The notes under the pieces: generated by a model
Database searches by the model: none
Seen by the model: only the letters and a program-made list of their open reading frames with translations
Told to the model about the DNA's origin: nothing
Shown here: positions 19,131-29,515 of the stretch, in pieces
Numbering within the stretch: position 1 is the stretch's first letter
Layout of the letters: every line of letters starts with the position of its first letter
Translations under genes and position numbers: made by a program
Assembly (NCBI GenBank): GCA_020632015.1
Contig: JACKGI010000001.1
Coordinates: 156,949-220,948, forward strand
Length of the DNA stretch: 64,000 nucleotides
DNA from: Candidatus Nomurabacteria bacterium
Lineage (GTDB): Bacteria; Patescibacteriota; Minisyncoccia; Phycocordibacterales; UBA918
Reading direction: 5' to 3'

Positions 19131-20399
19131 ATGAACGAATACGAACACATCAAAGAACAAGACACTGCAGTTTACAATGCTCTCATCGGTGAAGAAGAAA
19201 GAGAGCGTTCTGGAATCGAATTAATTCCAAGCGAAAACTACGTATCTATGGCTGTGCGAGAAGCCGCTGGATCTGTCCTGACTAACAAATATTCCGAGGG
19301 CTATCCGGGCAGGCGTTATTACGGAGGACAAGAATATACAGATGTTGTTGAAACAATTGCTATAGAGAGAGCCAAAGCGCTTTTCAAAGCAGGTTACGCA
19401 AATGTTCAGCCGTTAGGAGGCGCAGCAGCTAATGTGGCCATGTACTTTGCCTTGATGGAACCTGGTGACACGGTGCTTGGAATGGATCTATCTCATGGTG
19501 GGCACCTTACTCATGGTCACCCAACTACAAGTATCAACAAAGTATTTAACTTTGTTCGATACAAAATGAAAGATATTTCTACTGGAGAAATTGATTATGA
19601 TGAACTCCGAGAAGTGGCTTTGAGAGAAAAACCAAAAATTATTTTAGCTGGATTTTCTGCCTATAGTCGTGAACTTGATTATCAAAAGTTTGTAGACATA
19701 GCAAAAGAGGTGGGGGCTTATACAGTAGCTGATGTTGCACATATTGCAGGAATGATTGCTGCTGGAGTACTTAAGAATCCATTTGACTATGGGTTTGACG
19801 TGATGACGATGACTACCCACAAATCACTTCGTGGCCCACGCGGAGGAATGATTGTGGTAAGGGACAACGAGGATATTGCTAAAAGAATTAACAAAACCGT
19901 TTTCCCAGGAGTACAAGGTGGTCCTCACATGCATATTATTGCTGCTAAGGCAGTTGCTTTTGGTGAGGCACAACAACCAAGTTTTAAGATTTATGCAGAG
20001 CAAGTATTAAAAAATGCCAAAGCTATGGAATCAGTTTTCTTAGAAGAAAATATTCGCTTACTGTGTGGCGGAACTGATAACCACTTATTGCTAGCAGACG
20101 TGCATAGTTCACTTGGTGTAACAGGACAAGAGGCAGAGACTTTACTCGATGAGGTTGGTATTACTTTAAATAAGAACATGATTGCGGATGAGCCTCGCTC
20201 GGCACTGGATCCTTCAGGGATTCGCTTTGGTACTCCTGCCATGACCACTAGAGGAATGAAAGAAGAACAGGCAACCAAACTAGCTCAACTCATGATTAGA
20301 ACTTTACGGTCAAAAGACGATGTGAAAGAAAAGGAAATTATCAAACAAGAAGTGATTGATTTGTGTGAAGCATTTCCAGTTCCAGAAAAATTTGTCTAG
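19131..20399 (+). CDS. glyA: serine hydroxymethyltransferase
   Basis: LIPSENYVS, HGGHLTHGHP and a PLP-Lys region (TTHKSLRGPRGG). Confidence 0.9.
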   Translation: MNEYEHIKEQDTAVYNALIGEEERERSGIELIPSENYVSMAVREAAGSVLTNKYSEGYPGRRYYGGQEYTDVVETIAIERAKALFKAGYANVQPLGGAAANVAMYFALMEPGDTVLGMDLSHGGHLTHGHPTTSINKVFNFVRYKMKDISTGEIDYDELREVALREKPKIILAGFSAYSRELDYQKFVDIAKEVGAYTVADVAHIAGMIAAGVLKNPFDYGFDVMTMTTHKSLRGPRGGMIVVRDNEDIAKRINKTVFPGVQGGPHMHIIAAKAVAFGEAQQPSFKIYAEQVLKNAKAMESVFLEENIRLLCGGTDNHLLLADVHSSLGVTGQEAETLLDEVGITLNKNMIADEPRSALDPSGIRFGTPAMTTRGMKEEQATKLAQLMIRTLRSKDDVKEKEIIKQEVIDLCEAFPVPEKFV

Positions 20400-20437
20400 A
20401 CCTTGGTTGGTCATGATACATTACATATGGGGAACAT

Positions 20438-21517
20438 ATGTTTAAAAAAACTAGCACATTATTTAGATTCGTAGCCCACCATTGGTTAACCCTTGGTTTT
20501 GTTCTCGGTTTCATTACCGACATGATTTTGTTGAACAGAATAGATGATTTGGTTGATAATCTAATTCTTCTTTTTTATGTTCTGCTGGCCACTACCGCCA
20601 TGCTTTTGTTATATGTCGGTGTGGCGGAAAGAGCGCCTAGTTTTTTGTCTAATTTTTTCAAAAAATATTCACCCATCTTGATGCAGTATGCCTTTGGTGG
20701 ACTTTTGTCGGGGATGCTTATTTTTTATGGTAGAAGTGGAGACTGGCTAGCCAGTGCTCCTTTTTTGTTACTTATTTTGGGTGTCATTTTAGGGAATGAA
20801 TTTGTTGGTAAGCGTTCTGATAGGCTCGTGTACAATCTTGCTCTGTATTTTATTGGCCTTTTTTCTTATGTTGTTTTAGTCATTCCGGTATTAACTGGGC
20901 TAATGGGTGATTGGGTGTTTGTGGTCAGCGGAATTATCGCGCTAATGATGGTCACTTTCGTAATTAGAATTTTGCACTGGATAGTGCCCAATTTTATGGA
21001 AGCCAATGTTGGCAGGGTCATTTTAGTTATTGGTTTTATTTACATTGGTTTTAATACTTTATATTTCACTAGCTTAATTCCGCCAATCCCACTTTCTTTG
21101 ACCGATCTTGAAATAGTACAAAGTGTTAACAGGCTTGAGAGTGGAGGATATCGAGTTGTGACTGAGTTACAGCCTTGGTATAGAAGCATTCCTTTTATAC
21201 ATCCTGTCATTCATCCAACTGGTAACTCGATAGCTTGTTTTGCTAGAGTTTATGCTCCCACCAAACTATCAACTAAGATTTATCATCGCTGGGAGTATAA
21301 GGATGAGGCTGGTGTCTGGCGACAGCATTTTCGATTTGGTTATGATATTTCCGGAATCAACAAAGGAGGGTATGGAGGTTATACAGTAGCTGATAGTTTT
21401 TTCTCAGGGGTGTGGCGATGTAGTGTAGAGACAGAAAGAGGGCAGGTTTTGGGTAGAGAAGTGGTGGTGATAAATACCAAAGAAAAAGTAGGAGAAACAC
21501 AGATACAAATTAGGTGA
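20438..21517 (+). CDS. polytopic membrane protein with a C-terminal soluble domain (hypothetical)
   Basis: About 6 TM helices, then a roughly 130-aa C-terminal domain with W/Y/G-rich motifs. Confidence 0.4.
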   Translation: MFKKTSTLFRFVAHHWLTLGFVLGFITDMILLNRIDDLVDNLILLFYVLLATTAMLLLYVGVAERAPSFLSNFFKKYSPILMQYAFGGLLSGMLIFYGRSGDWLASAPFLLLILGVILGNEFVGKRSDRLVYNLALYFIGLFSYVVLVIPVLTGLMGDWVFVVSGIIALMMVTFVIRILHWIVPNFMEANVGRVILVIGFIYIGFNTLYFTSLIPPIPLSLTDLEIVQSVNRLESGGYRVVTELQPWYRSIPFIHPVIHPTGNSIACFARVYAPTKLSTKIYHRWEYKDEAGVWRQHFRFGYDISGINKGGYGGYTVADSFFSGVWRCSVETERGQVLGREVVVINTKEKVGETQIQIR

Positions 21518-21582
21518 ATATTTCGCTATCCTTGTTTGTTTGGTATTCTGTAGATAATTATTTTATAAACTAATAAGATTAT

Positions 21583-21852
21583 ATGTTTGAAGGATTTTTT
21601 GGGGCCAAGAAGAAGCCAGAAGTAGAGCAGGTTGATAAAGTAGAATTATCAAAAACAATAGAAGAAATGGAAGAGTCTGCTCGAATATATAAAGAAGAAA
21701 AAGCTCAGGAACCAGTGGAAGAACCAATTAAATATGACAATGGAATTGATTGGCAAAATCCAGAAGAGATGCTAGATAAGGAGGAAGGTGGTGTATTTAC
21801 TGGTGGCAGCCTAACAAAAGAGGATAGAAAGGCTATAGAGAAGGAAAAATAA
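21583..21852 (+). CDS. small acidic hypothetical protein
   Basis: 89 aa, E/K-rich. Followed by the terminator gccggccagaatgcttcgcgttctggccgac at 21863-21896. Confidence 0.3.
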   Translation: MFEGFFGAKKKPEVEQVDKVELSKTIEEMEESARIYKEEKAQEPVEEPIKYDNGIDWQNPEEMLDKEEGGVFTGGSLTKEDRKAIEKEK

Positions 21853-22000
21853 TTGAGTAAAAGCCGGCCAGAATGCTTCGCGTTCTGGCCGACTTTTAAT
21901 TTGTTTTAGTCATGATACACTGCCTAAGTAGCCTGATACGTTACGATTGAGTTTGGTCAAAAGCCAGTCTCATATGTCTGATATACATAACTAATTAAAT

Positions 22001-25000
22001 ATGAATAAAAAAATGCACGGTCGTGAAAACGATTCGGTTGAAGTTGTAGATGTTTCTAAGTCAGAAACAGCAGAGAGAGAAGAAGCCATGCAGGCCTTTT
22101 GGGTAGAGCATGATATTTTTAATAAGAGTTTAGAGAAACCTGGTGGTGTAGATTTTATTCAAGACGGACCCGACCAAGCTTCGCAAACGGCGGGCAAGGA
22201 TTTTGTTTTTTATGATGGTCCACCTTTTGCAACTGGTTTGCCACATTATGGTCATATTCTGGCCGGCACAATCAAGGATGCTATTCCAAGATTTTGGACA
22301 ATGAATGGTTATCGGGTACGTCGAAAGTGGGGTTGGGATTGTCATGGTTTGCCACTTGAGAATATTATCGAAAAACGTTTAGGACTTGCCACTAAGCGAG
22401 ATATTGAAGAATACGGCATACAAAATTTTAATGAACAAGCTCGTGATGCAGTAATGGAGTACGCCGATGACTGGCGAAAAATAATCCCACGCATGGGCAG
22501 GTTTGTTGATATGGAAGATGATTATAAGACCATGGACAGTACTTACACCGAAAGCGTTTGGTGGGTATTTAAATCACTGCATGAAAAGGGTCTTGTATAC
22601 GAAGGCTTTAAAAGTATGCACTTGTGTCCACGTTGCGGAACCACACTTTCAAACTTTGAGGTAAATCAAGGCTACAAAGACATCAAAGATTTATCCGTGT
22701 TTGTTGAATTACCGTTGATAGATGAAGAAAATATTTCATTAGTAATCTGGACAACCACCCCGTGGACACTGCCGGGCAATATGGCAGCCGCTGTACATAA
22801 TGATTATGATTATGCGGTTGTAGAAAGAAAAACAGATGAAGGTAATACAAAAAGATTTATCGTAGCGAAAGACAGAGTGAAAGCAGTTTTTGGCGAAGAT
22901 GGCTATAAAATCATTGAGACTAGAAAAGGTTCAGATTTGGTTGGTAAGTCATACAAACCACCGTTTGACTATTTGGAGAAACAAGATTTTGAAAACAAAA
23001 ATAACGCCTGGAAGGTTCATCACGCTGATTATGTAGAAATCGGAGAAGAAGGAACCGGCTTAGTTCATATTGCTCCGGCTTATGGAGATGACGATATGAG
23101 ATTGGCAGAAAAGAATAATGTACCAATCATTCATCACGTTGACGAGGCAGGGCATTTTATGGATTTTGTTTCCGATTTTGCTGGACAACTAGTCAAGCCA
23201 AAAGACGACGAAGAGTCTGAGATAAATCACATGGATGCTGACATTGAGATTATTAGAGCCTTGGCAGGTAAGGGAATTCTTTTTGATAAAGAAAAAATCA
23301 CTCATAGTTACCCGCACTGCTGGCGATGTGATACGCCACTTTTGAACTACGCAACCACATCATGGTTTGTTGAAGTAACTAAAATCAAAGACCAGCTAGT
23401 AGAAGCCAACGACAAAGTAAAATGGGTTCCCGAGCACGTTGGTAAAAACCGTTTCGGAAAATGGCTAGATGGCGCTCGTGATTGGGCCGTGAGTAGACAA
23501 AGATACTGGGGAGCACCGTTGCCAATTTGGAAGAATCCAACTACAGGCGAATACAAAGTATTTGGTAGTTTAGCTGAGATTCAGGAGTATGTACCAAAGA
23601 GCGGTAATAAGTATTTCTTGATGAGACATGGTGAAGCAGAAAGTAATATTGAGAGAGTAATTAGGACAGATGTAAACTATGAAGATAATCTTACTGACCT
23701 TGGTGTTAGGCAGGTAGAAGAAACTGCGGCGGAACTTAAAAAAGAAAATATAGATTTGATTATAGTATCTCCATTCCATAGAACTAAAAAAACCGCTGAG
23801 ATTGTAAGAGAAAAATTGGGTCTTTCTTCAGAACAAGTTGTTGTCGATGAAAGAATAAGAGAAATTCAAGCTGGGGCAGAATTTCAAGGTAGAAAATGGA
23901 ATACACACCAAGAATTATATAAAGATTTCAAGGATCAATTTACTAGGGTGGTTGAAGGGGTTGATGAGAACAGAGTTGACGTACAGAAAAGAGTCGGTGA
24001 TTTACTTTATTCATTAGAGAATAACTACAAAGATAGAAATATTTTGATTATCGGTCACGTTAGCTCAACTTTTGCTACAGCGTGTGTCTCTGAGGGGGCA
24101 AATATTGATAGAGCGGTAGAGATTAGAGAAAAGAATGAATTTTGGTTAGATAATGCAGAAGTTCGAAAGCTTAAATTCATTCCAATCCCTCACAACGATA
24201 ACTACGAACTAGATTTTCATCGTCCATATATAGACCAGATTGACTTGTATGAAGGGGAGGTAAAACTAGAACGAGTGCCAGATGTATTTGACTGCTGGTT
24301 TGAGAGTGGTTCGATGCCTTATGCTCAACACCATTATCCGTTTGAGTGTGCTGAAGATTTTGAGAATAAGCATTTCCCAGCAAACTTTATTGCTGAAGGC
24401 TTGGACCAAACTCGAGGATGGTTCTATTCGCTCATTGTTCTAGGGACCGCTCTTTTTGGTAAATCACCGTTTGAAAACGTAATTGTTAACGGGACGGTTT
24501 TGGCAGAGGATGGACGCAAAATGAGTAAGTCATTACAAAATTATCCAGACCCAATGGATGTAGCTCACACAATTGGTGCTGATGCCATGCGCTTTTATCT
24601 GTTGTCTTCACCGGGTATAAAGGGGGAAGATTTTAACTTTATTGAAAAAGAAGTTCTGGAACTACAAAGAAAAAACATTGGTCGTCTACATAATGTTCTG
24701 ACGATGTACGAAATGTTTGCTGACGATACCTCGGCATCTAGTGATTCAGATAATGTTCTAGATAAATGGATTTTGAATCGTCTTAACCAACTGGTTTCAG
24801 AAACGACATATGGATATAAGAATTATGAACTAGATAAGGCCACTCGACCAATTACCGAGTTTGTTGACGATTTATCTGTATGGTACTTACGTCGTAGTCG
24901 CGACAGATTTAAAGGAGAAGATACGGAGGATAGAGTTAAGGCGCTAGCTACGCTTCGTCATACACTAAGTATTCTTGCATTAGTGATGGCTCCATCGATG

Positions 25001-25564
25001 CCTTTTTATGCTGAATATCTTTGGCAAAAAGTAAAGAAGGAGTCTGATTCTGAAAGCGTCCATTTAGCAAAGTGGCCAGAAGCGGATGAAGTTAACACGG
25101 ATATATTGGCAGAGATGCAAAGAACTAGAGATATTGTGACCCAAGCGCTAGAGGCTCGAACGAAGGCTGGCATAAAAGTGCGACAGCCAATCGCAAAAGT
25201 TTCAGGTCCTGAATTATCTGAGGAACTTAGCGAGGTGGTGTTGGATGAATTAAACGCGAAAGTTTACGAATCTGCTGAAACCGTAGCAATTGATACAAAT
25301 CTAACTCCAGAGCTTATTTCTGAGGGTGCGGTGCGAGAGCTTATGCGTGCAGTGCAAGGTAGACGTAAGTCAGAAGGGTTGGCTCCGCAAGATTCAGTTG
25401 TCTTAACAGTAGATACCTCTGACGAAGGAAAAAGTGCAATTAATTCACATATTGATTTAATTACCAAAACAGTTGGAGCTAACTCCATTGAATTTGCAGA
25501 AGTAGAAGGCGAGCCTGTAAAGGCCGGAGACTTAACTTTTAAGTTTCAAATTAAAGTAATCTAA
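22001..25564 (+). CDS. ileS: isoleucyl-tRNA synthetase with an embedded histidine-phosphatase (PGAM-like) domain
   Basis: HIGH motif (PHYGHIL), GWDCHGLP, the editing domain, and KMSKS (GRKMSKSL). An extra block of about 200 aa (about nt 23590-24190) is inserted between WGAPLPIW and DFHRPYID. It begins LMRHGEAESN (RHG histidine-phosphatase signature) and contains IIGHVSS. Confidence 0.9.
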   Translation: MNKKMHGRENDSVEVVDVSKSETAEREEAMQAFWVEHDIFNKSLEKPGGVDFIQDGPDQASQTAGKDFVFYDGPPFATGLPHYGHILAGTIKDAIPRFWTMNGYRVRRKWGWDCHGLPLENIIEKRLGLATKRDIEEYGIQNFNEQARDAVMEYADDWRKIIPRMGRFVDMEDDYKTMDSTYTESVWWVFKSLHEKGLVYEGFKSMHLCPRCGTTLSNFEVNQGYKDIKDLSVFVELPLIDEENISLVIWTTTPWTLPGNMAAAVHNDYDYAVVERKTDEGNTKRFIVAKDRVKAVFGEDGYKIIETRKGSDLVGKSYKPPFDYLEKQDFENKNNAWKVHHADYVEIGEEGTGLVHIAPAYGDDDMRLAEKNNVPIIHHVDEAGHFMDFVSDFAGQLVKPKDDEESEINHMDADIEIIRALAGKGILFDKEKITHSYPHCWRCDTPLLNYATTSWFVEVTKIKDQLVEANDKVKWVPEHVGKNRFGKWLDGARDWAVSRQRYWGAPLPIWKNPTTGEYKVFGSLAEIQEYVPKSGNKYFLMRHGEAESNIERVIRTDVNYEDNLTDLGVRQVEETAAELKKENIDLIIVSPFHRTKKTAEIVREKLGLSSEQVVVDERIREIQAGAEFQGRKWNTHQELYKDFKDQFTRVVEGVDENRVDVQKRVGDLLYSLENNYKDRNILIIGHVSSTFATACVSEGANIDRAVEIREKNEFWLDNAEVRKLKFIPIPHNDNYELDFHRPYIDQIDLYEGEVKLERVPDVFDCWFESGSMPYAQHHYPFECAEDFENKHFPANFIAEGLDQTRGWFYSLIVLGTALFGKSPFENVIVNGTVLAEDGRKMSKSLQNYPDPMDVAHTIGADAMRFYLLSSPGIKGEDFNFIEKEVLELQRKNIGRLHNVLTMYEMFADDTSASSDSDNVLDKWILNRLNQLVSETTYGYKNYELDKATRPITEFVDDLSVWYLRRSRDRFKGEDTEDRVKALATLRHTLSILALVMAPSMPFYAEYLWQKVKKESDSESVHLAKWPEADEVNTDILAEMQRTRDIVTQALEARTKAGIKVRQPIAKVSGPELSEELSEVVLDELNAKVYESAETVAIDTNLTPELISEGAVRELMRAVQGRRKSEGLAPQDSVVLTVDTSDEGKSAINSHIDLITKTVGANSIEFAEVEGEPVKAGDLTFKFQIKVI

Positions 25565-26143
25565 ATGGCCTACGTTACCTACACTACAGAAGCGTTAGTG
25601 TGTGGTACTTTCAATCGAAATACCGCTGATGGCTCTTTTCTATTGTTCACTCGAGAGGCAGGCATGTTGTACGCCGATGCTCGCAGTGTAAGAGAGGAGC
25701 GTTCACGTCAGCGTTATGCACTGCAAGATTTTTCACTAGTTAGAGTCTCGCTAGTAAAAGGTAAGCGAGGTTGGAAGGTGGGCAGTATTGAATCATTAAA
25801 GAATTACTATGCGACAGCCACAGACAAGTCTGCCAGGGGGAGTGTCGTGTCACTTTTTCGACTGTTACGTCGTTTTCTTAAGGGGGAGGAAACAGCCACC
25901 GAGCTTTTTGACCTTACCAAAGAAAGTCTTGAGGTATTGCAAAAAAATACTGAGGAAAGACTTTTTGTGGAAGAAGTTATTCAACTCAGAATCTTATCCC
26001 TGCTTGGCTATGTGGATACCAAAAAAATTCCTGAAAATATAAGATATGAAAGCCCATCACTAATTGTTAAACACAGTACGGCTGAAACTCAGAACAAAAT
26101 AAACCAACTATATTCCCATGCTATTGATGTAAGTCACTTGTAA
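25565..26143 (+). CDS. RecO-like recombination mediator (N-terminal OB-fold pattern)
   Basis: TEALVCGTFNRNTADGSFLLFTREAGMLYADARSVRE...FSLVRVSLVKGKRGWKV resembles the RecO N-terminal domain. It starts at the ileS stop. Confidence 0.35.
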   Translation: MAYVTYTTEALVCGTFNRNTADGSFLLFTREAGMLYADARSVREERSRQRYALQDFSLVRVSLVKGKRGWKVGSIESLKNYYATATDKSARGSVVSLFRLLRRFLKGEETATELFDLTKESLEVLQKNTEERLFVEEVIQLRILSLLGYVDTKKIPENIRYESPSLIVKHSTAETQNKINQLYSHAIDVSHL

Positions 26144-26164
26144 CCAAGTGGTATACTACTAAAT

Positions 26165-28084
26165 ATGAAACCGCTGAAGACACAAGAACAAATAGATGAA
26201 ATGCGAAAGCGTCTATATGACAGGAGCTCTGCCTTCGAAAGCGCGAAGCGTCATGAGTTGTCTGATAATAAAGTAGATGTGTCTAGAAATTGGGCAGGAA
26301 GTTCACCAATTACTCCAGTAGAGAGAAAGACAGAGAACGTAGTGTCAGAAGCTGTTGCAGAACAGGATGGAGAAGATGGGGTTAAGCCAAAAAGGCACTA
26401 CAGAGCTTTTATTTTTGTTGGTAGCTTGTTGATTTTTGTCTTTGTTGCAGCTTTATCAAGTCTGTATTTATATTTTGGAGGAAACCAAATTTCCAACGAC
26501 AAAATTCAAATTTCTATGAGTGGCCCCCAGTTTATTGGGGGAGGAGAGGTTATGTCTTTACAGGTGGCGGTATCTAACCAAAATACCGTACCTATCGAAT
26601 CAGCTACACTTATATTGAAATACCCAAATGGCACAAGGTCTGTTGGTGATTCACCGCGAAATCTCTTTGAAGAAAGAATACCGGTAGAAGATATCGCCCC
26701 AGGAGAAGTTCAGAATATTCCGGTAAGCGTAGCTGTGTTTGGTGAAGAGAATGCAGACAAGAGGATTGAAGCGACTATTGAATACCGTGTAAACGGATCA
26801 AATGGAATGTTTTATAAAGAAGCTGAGTCACTAGCGTTTAAGATTAGTTCGTCACCCTTAGTTTTGCGAATTGATAACCTAGAAAAAGTTGCCTCCGGAC
26901 AGATAGTCGACCTAACAATAACTGCTGTCTCAAATGCCTCTTCGCCATTAACAGATATATTAATTTCTGCTTCATACCCTAACGGCTTTAGTTTTGAAAA
27001 ATCAGAACCAGCTCCTATATATGGACAAAATGTTTGGCAAATAGATAAAATCCTACCTGAGGAAGAGATTAAAATAAAAATTCAAGGAGTCGTAACTGGA
27101 TTAACTGAGGAGAAGTTTCGAATTAATTTCGATGCTGGGCCAGCTGATCCTGACAATCGATTTTTGGTAGGAGCAAACCTAGCTGACGGTGTAGCAGACT
27201 TTATTATTGAAAGACCATTTATAGATATTGAAATAAATATCGATGGCGATAAAGATAGGCAGGTAGTAGTAGACGAGGGCGAAAGTTCAGTCGTCGGTCT
27301 AAAAATCACTAATACTTTAGAAGAAACAGTCTACGACATGGTGGTTGAAGTAGTCCCTGGTGGAAACGCTTTAACTGAGACTTCTATCAAGAGTAAGCGT
27401 GGTTTCTACAATTCCAATAACGGAACAGTCAGATGGGAAGTGTCCAACAACGAATCTTTTGATAAAGTCTTCCCAGGAGATTCAAGACAATTAGATTTCC
27501 AGATTGACCCAGGTCCAAACAGAACTACTGCTTCATATGATTTGGTTGTAAATGTCTATGCCAGAAGAGTAGCTGAGACAAGTGCCGCGGAGACCTTAAT
27601 TGGTACTGTGCGGGCTCAAGCCAAATATTCTTCAAGCGTAGCTGTCGGCAGTCAGGCAAGTCTAAAGTCTGGCCCAATACCTCCAGAAGTAGGGCAAACA
27701 AGTGTTTACACCTTAAGCCTAGTCGCCGAAGCTGGAGCAAATGACATGGCTAACGCCATTGTGGAGACAAGTCTACCGCTTTATGTAGAATGGTTAGATT
27801 CTTACGAGGCAGATGGAGATGTTAGTTATAATTCTGTATCTAAGAAGATTCAGTGGACAATTGGCGATATTTCATCAGGCAAGAGAAAAGAATTTAAGTT
27901 TGATGTTAGTATTTTGCCAAGTATTTCTCAAGTTGATACAAATCCAGTACTATTAAATACCCAGACAATGAGAGCCAATGATCGATTTACTAGTGCGCTA
28001 TTGCAAGATACAGCCACACCTGTTACAACAGAACTATCTACGGAGATGGGTCTCCCTAAGGGTAATGGTAGGGTAAAGAACTAA
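26165..28084 (+). CDS. membrane-anchored surface protein with repeated beta-sandwich-like domains (hypothetical)
   Basis: 639 aa. A roughly 80-aa cytoplasmic N-terminus, one TM helix (FIFVGSLLIFVFVAALSSLYLYF), then a long extracytoplasmic region with repeated about 100-aa segments. Confidence 0.4.
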   Translation: MKPLKTQEQIDEMRKRLYDRSSAFESAKRHELSDNKVDVSRNWAGSSPITPVERKTENVVSEAVAEQDGEDGVKPKRHYRAFIFVGSLLIFVFVAALSSLYLYFGGNQISNDKIQISMSGPQFIGGGEVMSLQVAVSNQNTVPIESATLILKYPNGTRSVGDSPRNLFEERIPVEDIAPGEVQNIPVSVAVFGEENADKRIEATIEYRVNGSNGMFYKEAESLAFKISSSPLVLRIDNLEKVASGQIVDLTITAVSNASSPLTDILISASYPNGFSFEKSEPAPIYGQNVWQIDKILPEEEIKIKIQGVVTGLTEEKFRINFDAGPADPDNRFLVGANLADGVADFIIERPFIDIEINIDGDKDRQVVVDEGESSVVGLKITNTLEETVYDMVVEVVPGGNALTETSIKSKRGFYNSNNGTVRWEVSNNESFDKVFPGDSRQLDFQIDPGPNRTTASYDLVVNVYARRVAETSAAETLIGTVRAQAKYSSSVAVGSQASLKSGPIPPEVGQTSVYTLSLVAEAGANDMANAIVETSLPLYVEWLDSYEADGDVSYNSVSKKIQWTIGDISSGKRKEFKFDVSILPSISQVDTNPVLLNTQTMRANDRFTSALLQDTATPVTTELSTEMGLPKGNGRVKN

Positions 28085-28090
28085 GATATT

Positions 28091-29467
28091 ATGGAAAAAA
28101 ATTCAGATACGATGGAGAAGGTGGTTTCGCTTTGTAAGCGACGTGGTTTTGTATTTCAAGGTAGTGAAATCTACGGAGGACTAAAAGGCACTTGGGACTT
28201 TGGTCCTCTTGGTGTGGCCTTAAATAACAATATTAAGCGTGAGTGGTGGAAGATGTTTGTCGATGGACGAGAAGACATGTACGGGCTTGATGCAGCGATT
28301 TTAATGAACGAAAAAGTCTGGGAAGCTAGTGGACACACCGGAGCTGGTTTTTGTGATCCTTTAGTAGAAGATGTCGAGACAGGGGAGAGATTCAGGGCTG
28401 ACCATTTACTTAAGGAAGCTGGTGTCGATGCTGATGGTATGACTCTCGAACAAATTAATCAAGAAATTAAGGAAAAAGAACTCAAAAGTCCAAAAGGAAA
28501 TAGTCTGTCTGAAGCAAGACAATTTAACTTAATGTTTGAGACGCAAGTTGGGGCGCAGGGCGATATGAAGTCATACTTACGACCAGAAACAGCTCAAGGG
28601 ATTTTTGTTAATTTCAAAAATGTAGTCGACTCAATGGCGCCAAAGATTCCGTTTGGTATTGCACAAATCGGAAAAGCTTTTCGAAATGAAATTGCTCCCC
28701 GCGAATTTCTTTTTCGAGTGCGTGAATTTGAACAAATGGAAATTGAGTATTTTGTAAAAGAAGAGCAGTGGGAAAGTGAGTTTGAAAAATTACGTCAAGA
28801 TATTGTTAAGTGGCATAAGCACCTAGGACTTTCTGACGAAAATATTAGAGAGTACGAAGTACCTGAAAACGATTTGGCTCACTACAGCAAGCGAACAATT
28901 GACTTCGAATACAACTATCCAGGTAAAGGCTTCGATGAGTTGGCTGGTTTTGCTTATCGAACAGACCACGACCTTAAGAATCATATGGATGCTAGTGGCA
29001 CTACAATGGAATACATCGAACCAGACGGTTCTCGTTTTGTTCCACATGTACTAGAACCATCTTTTGGAGTTGGTCGAGCACTTACTGCAGTTTTGTGTGA
29101 AGCATATACAGAAGATGAAATGAACGGAGAAGTAAGGACCTATCTTAAGCTTCCTAAACACCTTGCGCCATTTAGAGTGGCAGTATCTCCGTTGCTTAAG
29201 AATAAACCAGAGCTAGTAGAAAAAGCTCGCGAAGTATTTAAAGTTCTTAAAACAGAATTTGGAAACGTAGCTTGGGATGACAACGGAAATGTCGGAAAGC
29301 GATATCGTAGACAAGATGAAATCGGAACTCCAAGTTGTATTGTTATTGACTTTGAAACTCTTGGACAAGAGGCTCCAGAGTTGGCTGATACAGTGACTGT
29401 CCGTAATCGAGATACGGGAGAGCAAGAAAGGGTGGCGATTGCTGATTTGATAAATTACTTGCGCTAG
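28091..29467 (+). CDS. glyQS: glycyl-tRNA synthetase, dimeric alpha2 (GlyQS) type
   Basis: The N-terminus (VVSLCKRRGFVFQGSEIYGGLKGTWDFGPLG) and class II motifs are typical of eukaryote/archaeal-type GlyRS. Confidence 0.85.
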   Translation: MEKNSDTMEKVVSLCKRRGFVFQGSEIYGGLKGTWDFGPLGVALNNNIKREWWKMFVDGREDMYGLDAAILMNEKVWEASGHTGAGFCDPLVEDVETGERFRADHLLKEAGVDADGMTLEQINQEIKEKELKSPKGNSLSEARQFNLMFETQVGAQGDMKSYLRPETAQGIFVNFKNVVDSMAPKIPFGIAQIGKAFRNEIAPREFLFRVREFEQMEIEYFVKEEQWESEFEKLRQDIVKWHKHLGLSDENIREYEVPENDLAHYSKRTIDFEYNYPGKGFDELAGFAYRTDHDLKNHMDASGTTMEYIEPDGSRFVPHVLEPSFGVGRALTAVLCEAYTEDEMNGEVRTYLKLPKHLAPFRVAVSPLLKNKPELVEKAREVFKVLKTEFGNVAWDDNGNVGKRYRRQDEIGTPSCIVIDFETLGQEAPELADTVTVRNRDTGEQERVAIADLINYLR

Positions 29468-29515
29468 TTTCTCCTTGCGGTATAAATAAATATAGTAATA
29501 AAGGAGGATATTGCC

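Noticed and set aside
22001-25564. Possibility that the extra segment in IleRS is an intein
   Set aside because: There is no Cys/Ser/Thr nucleophile at the N-junction and no His-Asn plus Cys/Ser/Thr at the C-junction. The segment carries histidine-phosphatase motifs (RHG) instead of Hint blocks.
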